The translations under genes and the position numbers were made by a program. This document shows, in pieces, positions 9,711 through 17,893 of a stretch of DNA of 64,000 bases. A model generated the notes under the pieces. It saw only the letters and a list, made by a program, of their open reading frames with translations, did no database searches and had not been told where the DNA came from. How positions within the stretch are numbered: position 1 is the stretch's first letter; each line of letters starts with the position of its first letter. Origin of the DNA: Patescibacteria group bacterium (GTDB taxonomy: Bacteria; Patescibacteriota; Patescibacteriia; UBA2196); assembly GCA_036845805.1 (NCBI GenBank), contig DAIUDD010000002.1, positions 129,112-193,111 on the forward strand, given 5' to 3'.

Positions 9711-9782
9711 TGCCTGGGGGCAGAATCGGACTGCCGACGCAAGGATTTTCAGTCCTTCGCTCTACCACTGAGCTACCCAGGC
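9711..9782 (-). tRNA. tRNA-Phe (GAA)
   Basis: GCCTGGG-TA-GCTC..GAGC-AAGGA-CTGAAAA-TCCTT-..-GGCAG-TCCGATT-CTGCC-CCCAGGC-A. Anticodon GAA. Confidence 0.8.
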
Positions 9783-9789
9783 ATTAATT

Positions 9790-9830
9790 TGGGCATGGAT
9801 GGATTTGAACCATCGACATTCACCTTATAC
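9790..9830 (-). pseudogene. tRNA 3'-half fragment (Ile-like; anticodon loop to acceptor 3' strand CATGCCCA)
   Basis: Reverse complement TATAAGGTGAATGTCGATGGTTCAAATCCATCCATGCCCA parallels the 3' half of the adjacent intact tRNA-Ile. Confidence 0.45.
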
Positions 9831-9876
9831 TAAATATAATTACTGCGTTCGCAAAAAATATAAATGTCAAGACAAT

Positions 9877-9952
9877 TGGTGGGCACGGGTGGATTTGAAC
9901 CACCGACATCCACCTTATAAGGGTGGCGCTCTAACCGCTGAGCTACGTGCCC
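9877..9952 (-). tRNA. tRNA-Ile (TAT), CCA encoded
   Basis: GGGCACG-TA-GCTC..GAGC-G-CCACC-CTTATAA-GGTGG-..-GGTGG-TTCAAAT-CCACC-CGTGCCC-A-CCA. Anticodon read as UAU. Confidence 0.6.
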
Positions 9953-9990
9953 AGTGGTTTTAACATTTACATTTTATTGCTCTCTGGTAA

Positions 9991-10074
9991 TTATAAGGGT
10001 GGCGCTCTAACCCGCCCGCCTCGCAAGCGAGAGCGTTGCGGGCAGGCCGCTCGACTACATGCCCTTTATTATAA
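9991..10074 (-). pseudogene. tRNA 5'-half fragment (acceptor GGGCATG + D-arm + anticodon stem/loop) with a 35-nt GC-rich palindromic element inserted in the D-loop
   Basis: Reverse complement GGGCATGTAGTCGAGCGG[CCTGCCCGCAACGCTCTCGCTTGCGAGGCGGGCGG]GTTAGAGCGCCACCCTTATAA. The 5' acceptor GGGCATG is exactly complementary to the 3' fragment at 9790-9830 (CATGCCC). Confidence 0.45.
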
Positions 10075-10167
10075 ATATAATAACAAATTTGATCAAGCAT
10101 TTCAACTCTTGCCAAAATTTTATAAATGTATTATTATTAAAACATTAATTTTAAAATTTATAACTCT

Positions 10168-10431
10168 ATGCCTCAAATGAAAGCAGCTGAAAAAGCTTTA
10201 AGACAAACTAAAAAAAGAACGGTCAAAAACGACCAGATAAGAAAAAATTTGGATTATTTGCTGCGAAGTTTTAAAAAAGCAATTAATATTAAAGATGGCC
10301 AAAAGAGTCAAGAAATTGCCAAACAACTCGCCAAAGCCCTGGATAAAGCCGCACAAAAAAGAGTGATTAAAAAAAATAATGCGGCGAGAAAAAAATCTCG
10401 GCTAATGAAGAAAGTAAAGGTAATAAAATAA
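10168..10431 (+). CDS. rpsT: 30S ribosomal protein S20
   Basis: 87-aa basic protein 'MPQMKAAEKALRQTKKRTVKNDQIRKNL...KALDKAAQKRVIKKNNAARKKSRL' matching the S20 pattern. Terminator hairpin CCCCGC..GCGGGG+T-run at 10443-10476. Confidence 0.8.
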   Translation: MPQMKAAEKALRQTKKRTVKNDQIRKNLDYLLRSFKKAINIKDGQKSQEIAKQLAKALDKAAQKRVIKKNNAARKKSRLMKKVKVIK

Positions 10432-10519
10432 CAAATTTCCTACCCCGCCCTTCACGAAGAGCGGGGTTTTGGTTTTTTAAAAAAAATGTTAAGATAAAAT
10501 AAACTAATCAAATAAACAT

Positions 10520-11020
10520 ATGCTCGAAGAACAAAATAACCAACACGTTCGTCCATCTTGGGATGAATATTTTATGAAATTAGCCCAAATGGTTGGTGAA
10601 CGCGGAACTTGTGACCGTGGTCGAGCTGGTTCAGTAGCAGTTAAAGATAAAAGAATTATGGCCACTGGCTATGTCGGTTCACCACCAGGGATGCCACACT
10701 GCGATGAAGCTGGCCACATTATTCATGAAGTGATCAATGATGATGGTACGGTTTCTAAACATTGCGTGCGTACTATTCATTCAGAACAAAACATCATCTG
10801 TCAGGCTGCTAAGTATGGTATTTCCTTAGATGGCTGCACTATTTATACTAAAATGGAACCCTGTTATGTTTGTGCGCGCATGTTGGTAGCAGTGGGCATA
10901 AAAAGAGTGGTGTGCCAAAAAAGATATCATGGCGCCAAATTAACACGTGAACTTTTTGAAAAAGCTGGTATAAAACTTGATGTTTTAGAAGATGAGTTAG
11001 AAACTTATAAAGACATGTAA
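10520..11020 (+). CDS. dCMP deaminase (cytidine/deoxycytidylate deaminase zinc-binding family)
   Basis: Zinc motifs 'HSEQNIICQAAKYG' (HxE) and 'PCYVCARML' (PCxxC). Confidence 0.85.
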   Translation: MLEEQNNQHVRPSWDEYFMKLAQMVGERGTCDRGRAGSVAVKDKRIMATGYVGSPPGMPHCDEAGHIIHEVINDDGTVSKHCVRTIHSEQNIICQAAKYGISLDGCTIYTKMEPCYVCARMLVAVGIKRVVCQKRYHGAKLTRELFEKAGIKLDVLEDELETYKDM

Positions 11021-11022
11021 AT

Positions 11023-11604
11023 ATGAATAACAAAATCGTCTGCATAACCGGACTTTGTGGTTCGGGAAAAAGTGAGGTAGCAGAATTTTTTGTAAGGGCG
11101 GGTTATGCTTATATTAGGTTTGGTCAAATTGTATTGGATGAAATAAAAAAAAGAGGCTTAGAACCAAATGAAGCAAACGAAAGACCAATTAGAGAAAGTT
11201 TTAGAAAACAATATGGAATGGCGGCTTTTGCAATTTTGAACCAACCCAAAATTGATAATTTTTTAGAAGAAGGTAAAAATGTTTTAGCTGACGGTCTTTA
11301 TAGTTGGTCTGAATACAAAGAATTAAAAAATAAATATAACAATAATCTGATAGTTATTGCAGTATATGCCTCTCCTAAAACACGTTATGCTAGATTAGAG
11401 GATAGAAGAAATCGCTATGACAATGACCCTAATTTAAAATATCGTTCATTTTCCAAAAAAGAAGCCAAGGATCGTGATTATGCCGAAATAGAAAATATTG
11501 AAAAGGCAGGACCAATTGCGATGGCCGATTTTACTATTATTAATGAAGGAACTTTGGTAGATTTACATGCACAAATAGAAAAAATTTTAGAAAAAATATG
11601 TTAA
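11023..11604 (+). CDS. P-loop nucleotide kinase (dephospho-CoA kinase / dNMP kinase-like)
   Basis: Walker A 'GLCGSGKS' at the N-terminus; about 190 aa; overlaps stop/start with flanking nucleotide-metabolism genes. Confidence 0.55.
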   Translation: MNNKIVCITGLCGSGKSEVAEFFVRAGYAYIRFGQIVLDEIKKRGLEPNEANERPIRESFRKQYGMAAFAILNQPKIDNFLEEGKNVLADGLYSWSEYKELKNKYNNNLIVIAVYASPKTRYARLEDRRNRYDNDPNLKYRSFSKKEAKDRDYAEIENIEKAGPIAMADFTIINEGTLVDLHAQIEKILEKIC

Positions 11605-12218
11605 AAAATATTATTTTTGATTGGTCCGGAACAATAAGTGATAATACAAAAAAAGTTTATTTAACAGCTATGGCTATTTTTAAAAAGTTTGGTGTGAAAA
11701 AAATAAGCTTTAAAGATTTTAGAAAAAATTTTAAATTACCAGTGATGCTTTTCTATAACCAATATATTCCTAATCTTTCTTTGAGTGAAGAAAAAAAAAT
11801 TTATGCCGAAGAGTACGCTAAATTAAAAAAATCTACCCCTTATAAAAGTATCGATAAAATTATAAAAAATTTAGCCAAACGCGACCTTAATTTGGTGGTT
11901 ATAAGCACAGATCCGCCAGCACAACTAAAAAAAGAAATTAAAAAATTTGATTTAGAAAATGTTTTTATGGATATTGAATCTGGAGTTCACGATAAATATT
12001 CGACTCTGAAAAAAAATATTAAGAAAAATAAATTTAGATTATCAGAAACCATATTTATTGCTGATACTAAATGGGAAATAGAAATTGGAAATAAAATTGG
12101 GATAAAAACTGGAGGAGTTACTTGGGGCATAGGCACGCTTAAAGAGATATCTGAAGCTAAACCAACTTATCTTATTAATAATATCGCAAAATTTAAAAAA
12201 ATTTTTAATGAAACTTAA
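11598..12218 (+). CDS. HAD-superfamily hydrolase (putative nucleotidase/phosphatase)
   Basis: N-terminal motif I-like 'IIFDWSGTISD', later 'VVISTDPP' and 'IADTKWEIEIGNKIG' (motif III/IV-like). Confidence 0.55.
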   Translation: MLKNIIFDWSGTISDNTKKVYLTAMAIFKKFGVKKISFKDFRKNFKLPVMLFYNQYIPNLSLSEEKKIYAEEYAKLKKSTPYKSIDKIIKNLAKRDLNLVVISTDPPAQLKKEIKKFDLENVFMDIESGVHDKYSTLKKNIKKNKFRLSETIFIADTKWEIEIGNKIGIKTGGVTWGIGTLKEISEAKPTYLINNIAKFKKIFNET

Positions 12219-12630
12219 ATTTAAAAAAATATATTCAGATGCGATGGTGCCGACCTATGGCCGGGCGGGTGACGCGGGTATGGATTTGTATTCTTACGAA
12301 GATAAAGAACTTTTACCCGGTGAACGTTATACTTTTAAAACTGGCGTGGCGGTAGAAATTCCGGAAAATTTTGTGATGGTCTTTTGGGATCGTTCAGGCT
12401 TGGCAGTCAAACACGGATTAACGGTTTTAGCGGGCGTAATTGATTCTAATTTCCGCGGAGAAATGGGGGTTTGTGTTTTAAATACTTCTAATGAAGAATA
12501 TCAAATTAAAAAAGGAGATCGCATTGCCCAATTTTTGGTTCAGCCGGTTGAAAAAATAGAATTGGAAGAGGCGGATGAGTTGTCAGAAACAAATCGTGGG
12601 GAAAAGTGGCAGGCGTCGAGTGGGTATTAA
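12208..12630 (+). CDS. dut: dUTP diphosphatase
   Basis: dUTPase motifs 'RAGDAGMDLYS', 'GLAVKHGL', 'GVIDSNFRGEMGV'. Confidence 0.9.
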   Translation: MKLKFKKIYSDAMVPTYGRAGDAGMDLYSYEDKELLPGERYTFKTGVAVEIPENFVMVFWDRSGLAVKHGLTVLAGVIDSNFRGEMGVCVLNTSNEEYQIKKGDRIAQFLVQPVEKIELEEADELSETNRGEKWQASSGY

Positions 12631-12654
12631 TATGTTTAAAATTATCAGATGCCA

Positions 12655-12682
12655 AAAAACACTTTTTAAAAAGTGTTTTTTG
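12655..12682. terminator. Perfect 28-bp palindrome (AAAAAACACTTTTT|AAAAAGTGTTTTTT); bidirectional terminator between convergent genes
   Basis: Exact inverted repeat with flanking A/T runs on both strands. Confidence 0.65.
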
Positions 12683-12705
12683 ATTATCAATTTCTATTTC
12701 TAAAA

Positions 12706-13317
12706 TTAAAGTTCTTTTCTGGGTAAAAGAATAATAAAAATGCCACAAAAAAAAGAAAGCCCGGCCATAATCATAAAAATCAAACCAAAGCCATAACTGG
12801 CCACCAACCAACCACCAATAGCCGAGCCAATCGCAGGAATAAAATAGGCTAAACCATCATAAATTCCCCATTGCCAAGTGGCTTTTTTACCATCAGTGTG
12901 TTTAGCAAAAACAGAATGAAAAGCTGGCCAATAAAGCGCTTCGGCCATGCCCAAAACAATCATATCAAGATAAAGCATGGCTACATTATCGGTCAAATAT
13001 AACATTATATAACCGAGACCAATCACAAACTGGGACCAAGCAATGGCCAATTCGGTTTCTTTCATTTTATTTTCATAACGACTGAATAAAAAAGTTAAAA
13101 GACCAGCTACCACGCCAAAGATAGCCCAAGAATTTGCCGCCACTTCAATACCGCCGCCAACCTGCTCGACAAAAATGGCGTAAATTGGAGAGAACATGGC
13201 AAAAGCAAACATAAAAATTCCACTAATAAACAAAAGGTATTTTAAAGCGTCATTAATTAAATTGTTTTTGGAATTAATATTTTTCCTTTGTTCGTGACTG
13301 TGGTGTGGTAAATTCAT
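12706..13317 (-). CDS. Integral membrane protein, 6 TM (MFS-like half transporter?)
   Basis: 203 aa with 6 predicted TM helices; weak MFS-like features; no confident family. Confidence 0.4.
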   Translation of the reverse strand: MNLPHHSHEQRKNINSKNNLINDALKYLLFISGIFMFAFAMFSPIYAIFVEQVGGGIEVAANSWAIFGVVAGLLTFLFSRYENKMKETELAIAWSQFVIGLGYIMLYLTDNVAMLYLDMIVLGMAEALYWPAFHSVFAKHTDGKKATWQWGIYDGLAYFIPAIGSAIGGWLVASYGFGLIFMIMAGLSFFCGIFIILLPRKEL

Positions 13318-13449
13318 AAATTTTTTATTTTTATTTAATTAATATTTAATATTATATCATTTTTTAAGACACTTGCCAAAATCTATAGGCGTGATAAGGT
13401 AATAAAGGAAAAGAAATGTATCTAAAAAAAATAAAAGTGAGGAGGAAAA

Positions 13450-14439
13450 ATGAAAGCAGAAAAAAATGGGGAATTAAAAATATTCTCCGGGCGCGCTAAC
13501 AGTATTTTAGCCACACAAATAGTTACGGCACTGGCAAAAAATTTAAACAGAAATGTGGCTTTGGGTGAAATGGCGGCAAAAAATTTCTCTGATGGAGAAA
13601 TTTGGGTAAAATACGAAGAAAACATTCGTGGTTGCGATGTTTTTTTAATCCAACCAACCAATCCACCGGCTGATAATTTGATGGAATTATTGATCATGAT
13701 TGATGCGGCCAGACGCGCTTCAGCCAGACGGATTACGGCGGTGATTCCTTATTTTGGCTATGCGCGCCAAGATCGAAAAGATCAACCGCGAGTGGCTATC
13801 TCTGGAAAACTAATGGCAAACTTAATCACCCAAGCCGGTGCTGATCGAGTCTTGACCATTGAATTGCATGCGCCACAAATCCAAGGATTTTTTGATATTC
13901 CTTTGGACCATCTTTATACTGGCACTGTTTTGATAGATAAAATCAAAAAAATGAAAATACCAGATCTAACGGTAGCGGCGCCAGATATCGGTAGCGTGCT
14001 TTTAGGAAGATCATACGCTCGGAGGTTAAGGGCGAAGCTGGCGATTATAAACAAAGACCGAACCGCCCATAACAAATGCAAGGTTGATTGTATTATTGGG
14101 GAGGTAGAAAACAGGAATATCTTGCTGCCCGATGATATGATTGACACCGCGGGAACTCTGCGAACCGATGTTGAAGAATTGTTAACCCGAGGAGCAAAAA
14201 AAATTTTTATTGCCGTAACGCATGGGGTGTTATCTGGGGACGCTTGGCAAAATCTAACACACCCGCAAATTGAAAAAATTCTAATTTGTAACACTCTAGA
14301 GTTTGCCGTGCCAGAGCAATTACAAAAAAAAGTAGAAATTGTTTCAGTGGGAAAACTGTTAGCTGATGGTATCCAAAGAATACACGAAGAAAGATCAATC
14401 TCTGACCTTTTCCCAGAGAGAAGAAATGCTATTTCATAA
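13450..14439 (+). CDS. prs: Ribose-phosphate pyrophosphokinase (PRPP synthetase)
   Basis: 'KIFSGRANSILATQI...FSDGEIWVKYEENIRGCDVFLIQ', PRPP-binding 'DDMIDTAGTL'. SD GTGAGGAGG upstream; terminator at 14448-14480. Confidence 0.9.
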   Translation: MKAEKNGELKIFSGRANSILATQIVTALAKNLNRNVALGEMAAKNFSDGEIWVKYEENIRGCDVFLIQPTNPPADNLMELLIMIDAARRASARRITAVIPYFGYARQDRKDQPRVAISGKLMANLITQAGADRVLTIELHAPQIQGFFDIPLDHLYTGTVLIDKIKKMKIPDLTVAAPDIGSVLLGRSYARRLRAKLAIINKDRTAHNKCKVDCIIGEVENRNILLPDDMIDTAGTLRTDVEELLTRGAKKIFIAVTHGVLSGDAWQNLTHPQIEKILICNTLEFAVPEQLQKKVEIVSVGKLLADGIQRIHEERSISDLFPERRNAIS

Positions 14440-14501
14440 ATAACATAAAAGCTCCTGCCAGAGACGGGAGCTTTTTTATTTTTAGAAAAATTTTTTATCT
14501 A

Positions 14502-15236
14502 TTAAAATATTTTTCCTTTTTGCCAATCAAGTTCGGCCTGCTGCAATCGCTCTACAGTACCGATATCTTGCCAATAATAATCATCAACTTCAAAAACATT
14601 AATTAATTTTCCTTGGGCAACCAGATTTAGATATAAATCAACACTACTAAATTTGTTTTCTTGGGGCATTAAGGAAAAAATTTTTGGCGAGACAAGATGA
14701 ATACCCAAAAAACCAACTTCTTTTGGTGTCCCAGTAAAATTTTTTGCCACTATTCTTTTGAGGTTATTTTTCTTATCAAAATGTCCGATTAAGCGGCCGC
14801 CTGGAGCTACTAAAAACGGGCGGGAAGTGATTCGATTATTAACTAATAAAGTGGCCAAAGCCGAGCTGCTTTTTTGAAATTCCAAAGCTGGCAATAAATT
14901 AATATTAGTTAAAATATCAGCATTAAAGATAATAAAAGGGTTTGAATCTTTTAAAAAAAATTGGGCGTTTTTAATAGCGCCGCCAGTATCCAAAAGCTCA
15001 TGTTCAAAAAATGTCTGACAAATATTTAAATCCTTTTTTTGGGTTAAAAAATCAGTAATTTGATTAGCTAAATAATGACTATTAACAGCAATTTCCTTGA
15101 CACCGTTTTTTCTTAAATAAAAAATAGCTCGCTCCAAGAGAGTTAAATCACCCACTTTAAGCAGCGCTTTGGGGGTAGTAATGGTTAATGGTTGCAAACG
15201 AGTACCAAGTCCGGCCGCTAAAATCAAAGCTTTCAT
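14502..15236 (-). CDS. Sugar-1-phosphate nucleotidyltransferase (MurU / N-acetylmuramate-1-P uridylyltransferase-like)
   Basis: NTP-transferase signature 'LILAAGLGTRLQPLTITTPKALL'; 244 aa; 4-nt overlap with the upstream AmgK-like kinase gene. Confidence 0.7.
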   Translation of the reverse strand: MKALILAAGLGTRLQPLTITTPKALLKVGDLTLLERAIFYLRKNGVKEIAVNSHYLANQITDFLTQKKDLNICQTFFEHELLDTGGAIKNAQFFLKDSNPFIIFNADILTNINLLPALEFQKSSSALATLLVNNRITSRPFLVAPGGRLIGHFDKKNNLKRIVAKNFTGTPKEVGFLGIHLVSPKIFSLMPQENKFSSVDLYLNLVAQGKLINVFEVDDYYWQDIGTVERLQQAELDWQKGKIF

Positions 15237-16666
15237 AAATTATTTTTTAAAGAAAGATGTTGAACCTTAACCTTAATACCTTTTTCTTTTAGATAGCTGG
15301 CTAACTTTTCGGCGCAATAAACGGAACGGTGGGCGCCGCCAGTACAACCAAAAGAAACCATCAAATCAGTATAGCCCCTGGTTTGATAACTATTGATGGA
15401 GAGATCAATAAGCTCATAGACATGATTTAAAAAATTTTGCACTCTTTCTTTGGCGTCGAGATAGTTTTTAACTGCTTCATCCAATCCGGTTAATTTTTCT
15501 AAATCTTTTTCCCAAAAAGGATTAACCAGACCGCGACAATCAAAAACAAAGCCGCCATTATTTTCTGTTTCATCAATTGGTCGGTCTGATTTTTTAAAAC
15601 CAAAACTAAAAATTCTAACCAAAAAATCTCTATTTTCCGGCATGGCCTGGTCCCAAGAATTTAGTTGGCAAATTTTAGCAATAATCTCTTTCAAGCTGGG
15701 CATGTTGGTTAAGAAAGAAAGTTTTCTTTCGATTAAATTTAGATTTTCAATAGCCAAAGGAATGCTTTTTAAAAAATGTGGCTTGTTTTTAACTAAACCC
15801 AAAAAACCATAAGCGCCCAAAGCTTGCATAATTCTAATCAAGACAAAACCATAGAAATATTTTTTAAACTTTTCTTGGTCAACACTTTTTATTTTATTAA
15901 CTTCGGATAAATAATAATCTAATAATTCGGCCCTAATCTCTTCGGGAATTTTAGCTTTAGCATCATAAAGCAAAGAAGCCAGATCATATTGCAAGGCCCC
16001 CCGTCGACCAGATTGATAATCGATAAAATAAGGTGTCCCATTTTTTAACATAATATTGCGAGACTGAAAATCACGATAAACAAAAAAATCTTTTTCTGCT
16101 TCTAACAAAAAACCGGCTAATTTGTTAAAGTCTTCTTCTAGGCGTTCATTATCAATTTCTTCCTTATAAAAAAGGTTTAAAAAATTCCATTTAAAATAGT
16201 GCATGTCCCAAAGCATCGATTCGTGGGCAAACTCAATATGTTGATAACAAAGACCATAATTAATGTGTTGGCCAGCAGTAATTTGAATAAGTGGTAAAAT
16301 CGCTAAAATTTCTTTATACTTGGCAATTATTTCTGAATCAAATTCTTGTTTCTCTTGTCTTTTTTTTTCTAACCAAGTAAATAAAGTTTCGTCACCCAAA
16401 TCTTCTTCTAAATAAACATGGCGTTCTAAGTCGACTAAATAAATTTGTGGCACATTAATTTTATGAGCGAAAAAAGTCTCAGAAAAAGAAATAAAGGCCT
16501 CATTTTCTTTGCGATTTTTACCATAAACCCCAATGGCTGTTTGACCATTGCCGACTAACCGATAGAGTGTGCGATCCGAACCGTCACCTTTTAAATTTTT
16601 AATTTCGGTGCTCGCTACTCCAAAATATTCCTGAAACATTTTTTTTAACAATTCTTGCTCAGACAT
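15233..16666 (-). CDS. Fusion protein: AmgK-like anomeric MurNAc/GlcNAc kinase (APH fold) N-terminal + RapZ/YvcJ C-terminal domain
   Basis: N-terminal residues 1-340 show APH/Brenner motifs 'YRDFQSRNIML...YFIDYQSG' as in AmgK. The C-terminal ~135 aa 'FGFKKSDRPIDETENNGGFVFDCRGLVNPFWEKDLEKLTGLDEAVKNYLDAKERVQNFLNHVYELIDLSINSYQTRGYTDLMVSFGCTGGAHRSVYCAEKLASYLKEKGIKV' align closely with the E. coli RapZ C-terminal domain (..[20 protein letters not shown]..). Confidence 0.75.
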   Translation of the reverse strand: MSEQELLKKMFQEYFGVASTEIKNLKGDGSDRTLYRLVGNGQTAIGVYGKNRKENEAFISFSETFFAHKINVPQIYLVDLERHVYLEEDLGDETLFTWLEKKRQEKQEFDSEIIAKYKEILAILPLIQITAGQHINYGLCYQHIEFAHESMLWDMHYFKWNFLNLFYKEEIDNERLEEDFNKLAGFLLEAEKDFFVYRDFQSRNIMLKNGTPYFIDYQSGRRGALQYDLASLLYDAKAKIPEEIRAELLDYYLSEVNKIKSVDQEKFKKYFYGFVLIRIMQALGAYGFLGLVKNKPHFLKSIPLAIENLNLIERKLSFLTNMPSLKEIIAKICQLNSWDQAMPENRDFLVRIFSFGFKKSDRPIDETENNGGFVFDCRGLVNPFWEKDLEKLTGLDEAVKNYLDAKERVQNFLNHVYELIDLSINSYQTRGYTDLMVSFGCTGGAHRSVYCAEKLASYLKEKGIKVKVQHLSLKNNL

Positions 16667-16670
16667 AATT

Positions 16671-17777
16671 TTAATTTAAAATCGCCGTTAAATATTTTTC
16701 ACCAGTATAATCCACAAAAATTTTATTAATTTGTTCCCCCAATTCTTTTTGTGATTGTTCATCAACTAATAAATTTTTAATCTGGGCCACCAATTTTTCG
16801 CTTGTTAATTCTTTTTGTGATAAATAAAGAGCGGATTTTTTCTCTGCAAAATACTTGGCATTTTCCTCTTGGTGCGAATCGGGAATCGGAATAATAATAG
16901 TTGGTTTTTTAAAATAGGCCAGTTCGGTTAAAGTGGACATGCCAGCACGAGAAATGACCAGGGTTGCCTTAGAATAAACCACGGCCAGCTGATCTGCATT
17001 TAAAAATGTAAATTGCTGATAATTTTCTCTGGCATTTTGGCGCTGGATACCTGCCTTGCCGGCAGGCAGGCTTTGACACTTGTTTTTACCAGTCAGGTGA
17101 ATGATATTACAAAACTTAGTCAATTTCTCTAATGACTGCCAAACTAATTCATTAAGGAACAAAGCACCAGTGCCACCGCCAAGAACGAGAACTATTGGTA
17201 AATTATTATTAAAATGAACAAACATTTTTTCTCTTAATTTCTCTATTTCTTTATTTCTTAATTTCTCTCTAACTGGATTACCAACTAAAACAGCTTTTTC
17301 TTTTTTAAAATCATCCAAAGATTTTTCTAAGGCCACGGTTATTTTTTTGGCAAACGGAGCCATTAATTTATTAGCCAGGCCCACCCGCACATCTTGCTGA
17401 TGCACAAAAATTGGCACTCTTAAAAACCAGCCAGCCCACGCCACAGGCACAGCCACAAAAGAGCCGGCAGTTAAAATTAAATCTGGCTTAAATTTTTTAA
17501 TAATAAAAAAAGCTTGCCAAAAGCCAACTTTAATTTTAAAAAAATCAAATAAATTTTTAAAAGAAAAATAACGGCGAAATTTACCGCCGACAATGGATTT
17601 AAAATTAATGCCTTCACTCTCAACCACTTGGCGCTCTGGGCCAAACCTGGTGCCTAACCATAAGGCTTCGTCACTCGGCACTTTGGCACTTTGACGCTTT
17701 GACACTAATTTCTGATGGGTGGCAATAAGCGGACTAACCGAACCCAAAGTGCCGCCACCGCTATAAAGAATTTTCAT
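16671..17777 (-). CDS. murG: UDP-GlcNAc:MurNAc-(pentapeptide)-PP-undecaprenol GlcNAc transferase
   Basis: GT28 features: N-terminal 'ILYSGGGTLGSVSPL', C-terminal 'VLVLGGGTGALFLNELV'; 368 aa. Confidence 0.8.
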   Translation of the reverse strand: MKILYSGGGTLGSVSPLIATHQKLVSKRQSAKVPSDEALWLGTRFGPERQVVESEGINFKSIVGGKFRRYFSFKNLFDFFKIKVGFWQAFFIIKKFKPDLILTAGSFVAVPVAWAGWFLRVPIFVHQQDVRVGLANKLMAPFAKKITVALEKSLDDFKKEKAVLVGNPVREKLRNKEIEKLREKMFVHFNNNLPIVLVLGGGTGALFLNELVWQSLEKLTKFCNIIHLTGKNKCQSLPAGKAGIQRQNARENYQQFTFLNADQLAVVYSKATLVISRAGMSTLTELAYFKKPTIIIPIPDSHQEENAKYFAEKKSALYLSQKELTSEKLVAQIKNLLVDEQSQKELGEQINKIFVDYTGEKYLTAILN

Positions 17778-17790
17778 AGGATAAATAATT

Positions 17791-17865
17791 TGGTAGCCCG
17801 TAGGAGAATCGAACTCCTGTTACTAGGATGAGAACCTAGCGTCCTAGCCGCTAGACGAACGGGCC
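17791..17865 (-). tRNA. tRNA-Glu (CTC), CCA encoded
   Basis: GGCCCGT-TC-GTCT..GGAC-G-CTAGG-TTCTCAT-CCTAG-TAAC-AGGAG-TTCGATT-CTCCT-ACGGGCT-A-CCA. Anticodon CTC. Confidence 0.65.
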
Positions 17866-17893
17866 AAAAATAATTGTGATTTATAATAAATTT

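Noticed and set aside
9537-10180. ORF-track ORFs 9537-9833 and 9947-10180
   Set aside because: They run through tRNA-Phe, tRNA-Ile and tRNA fragments; not coding.
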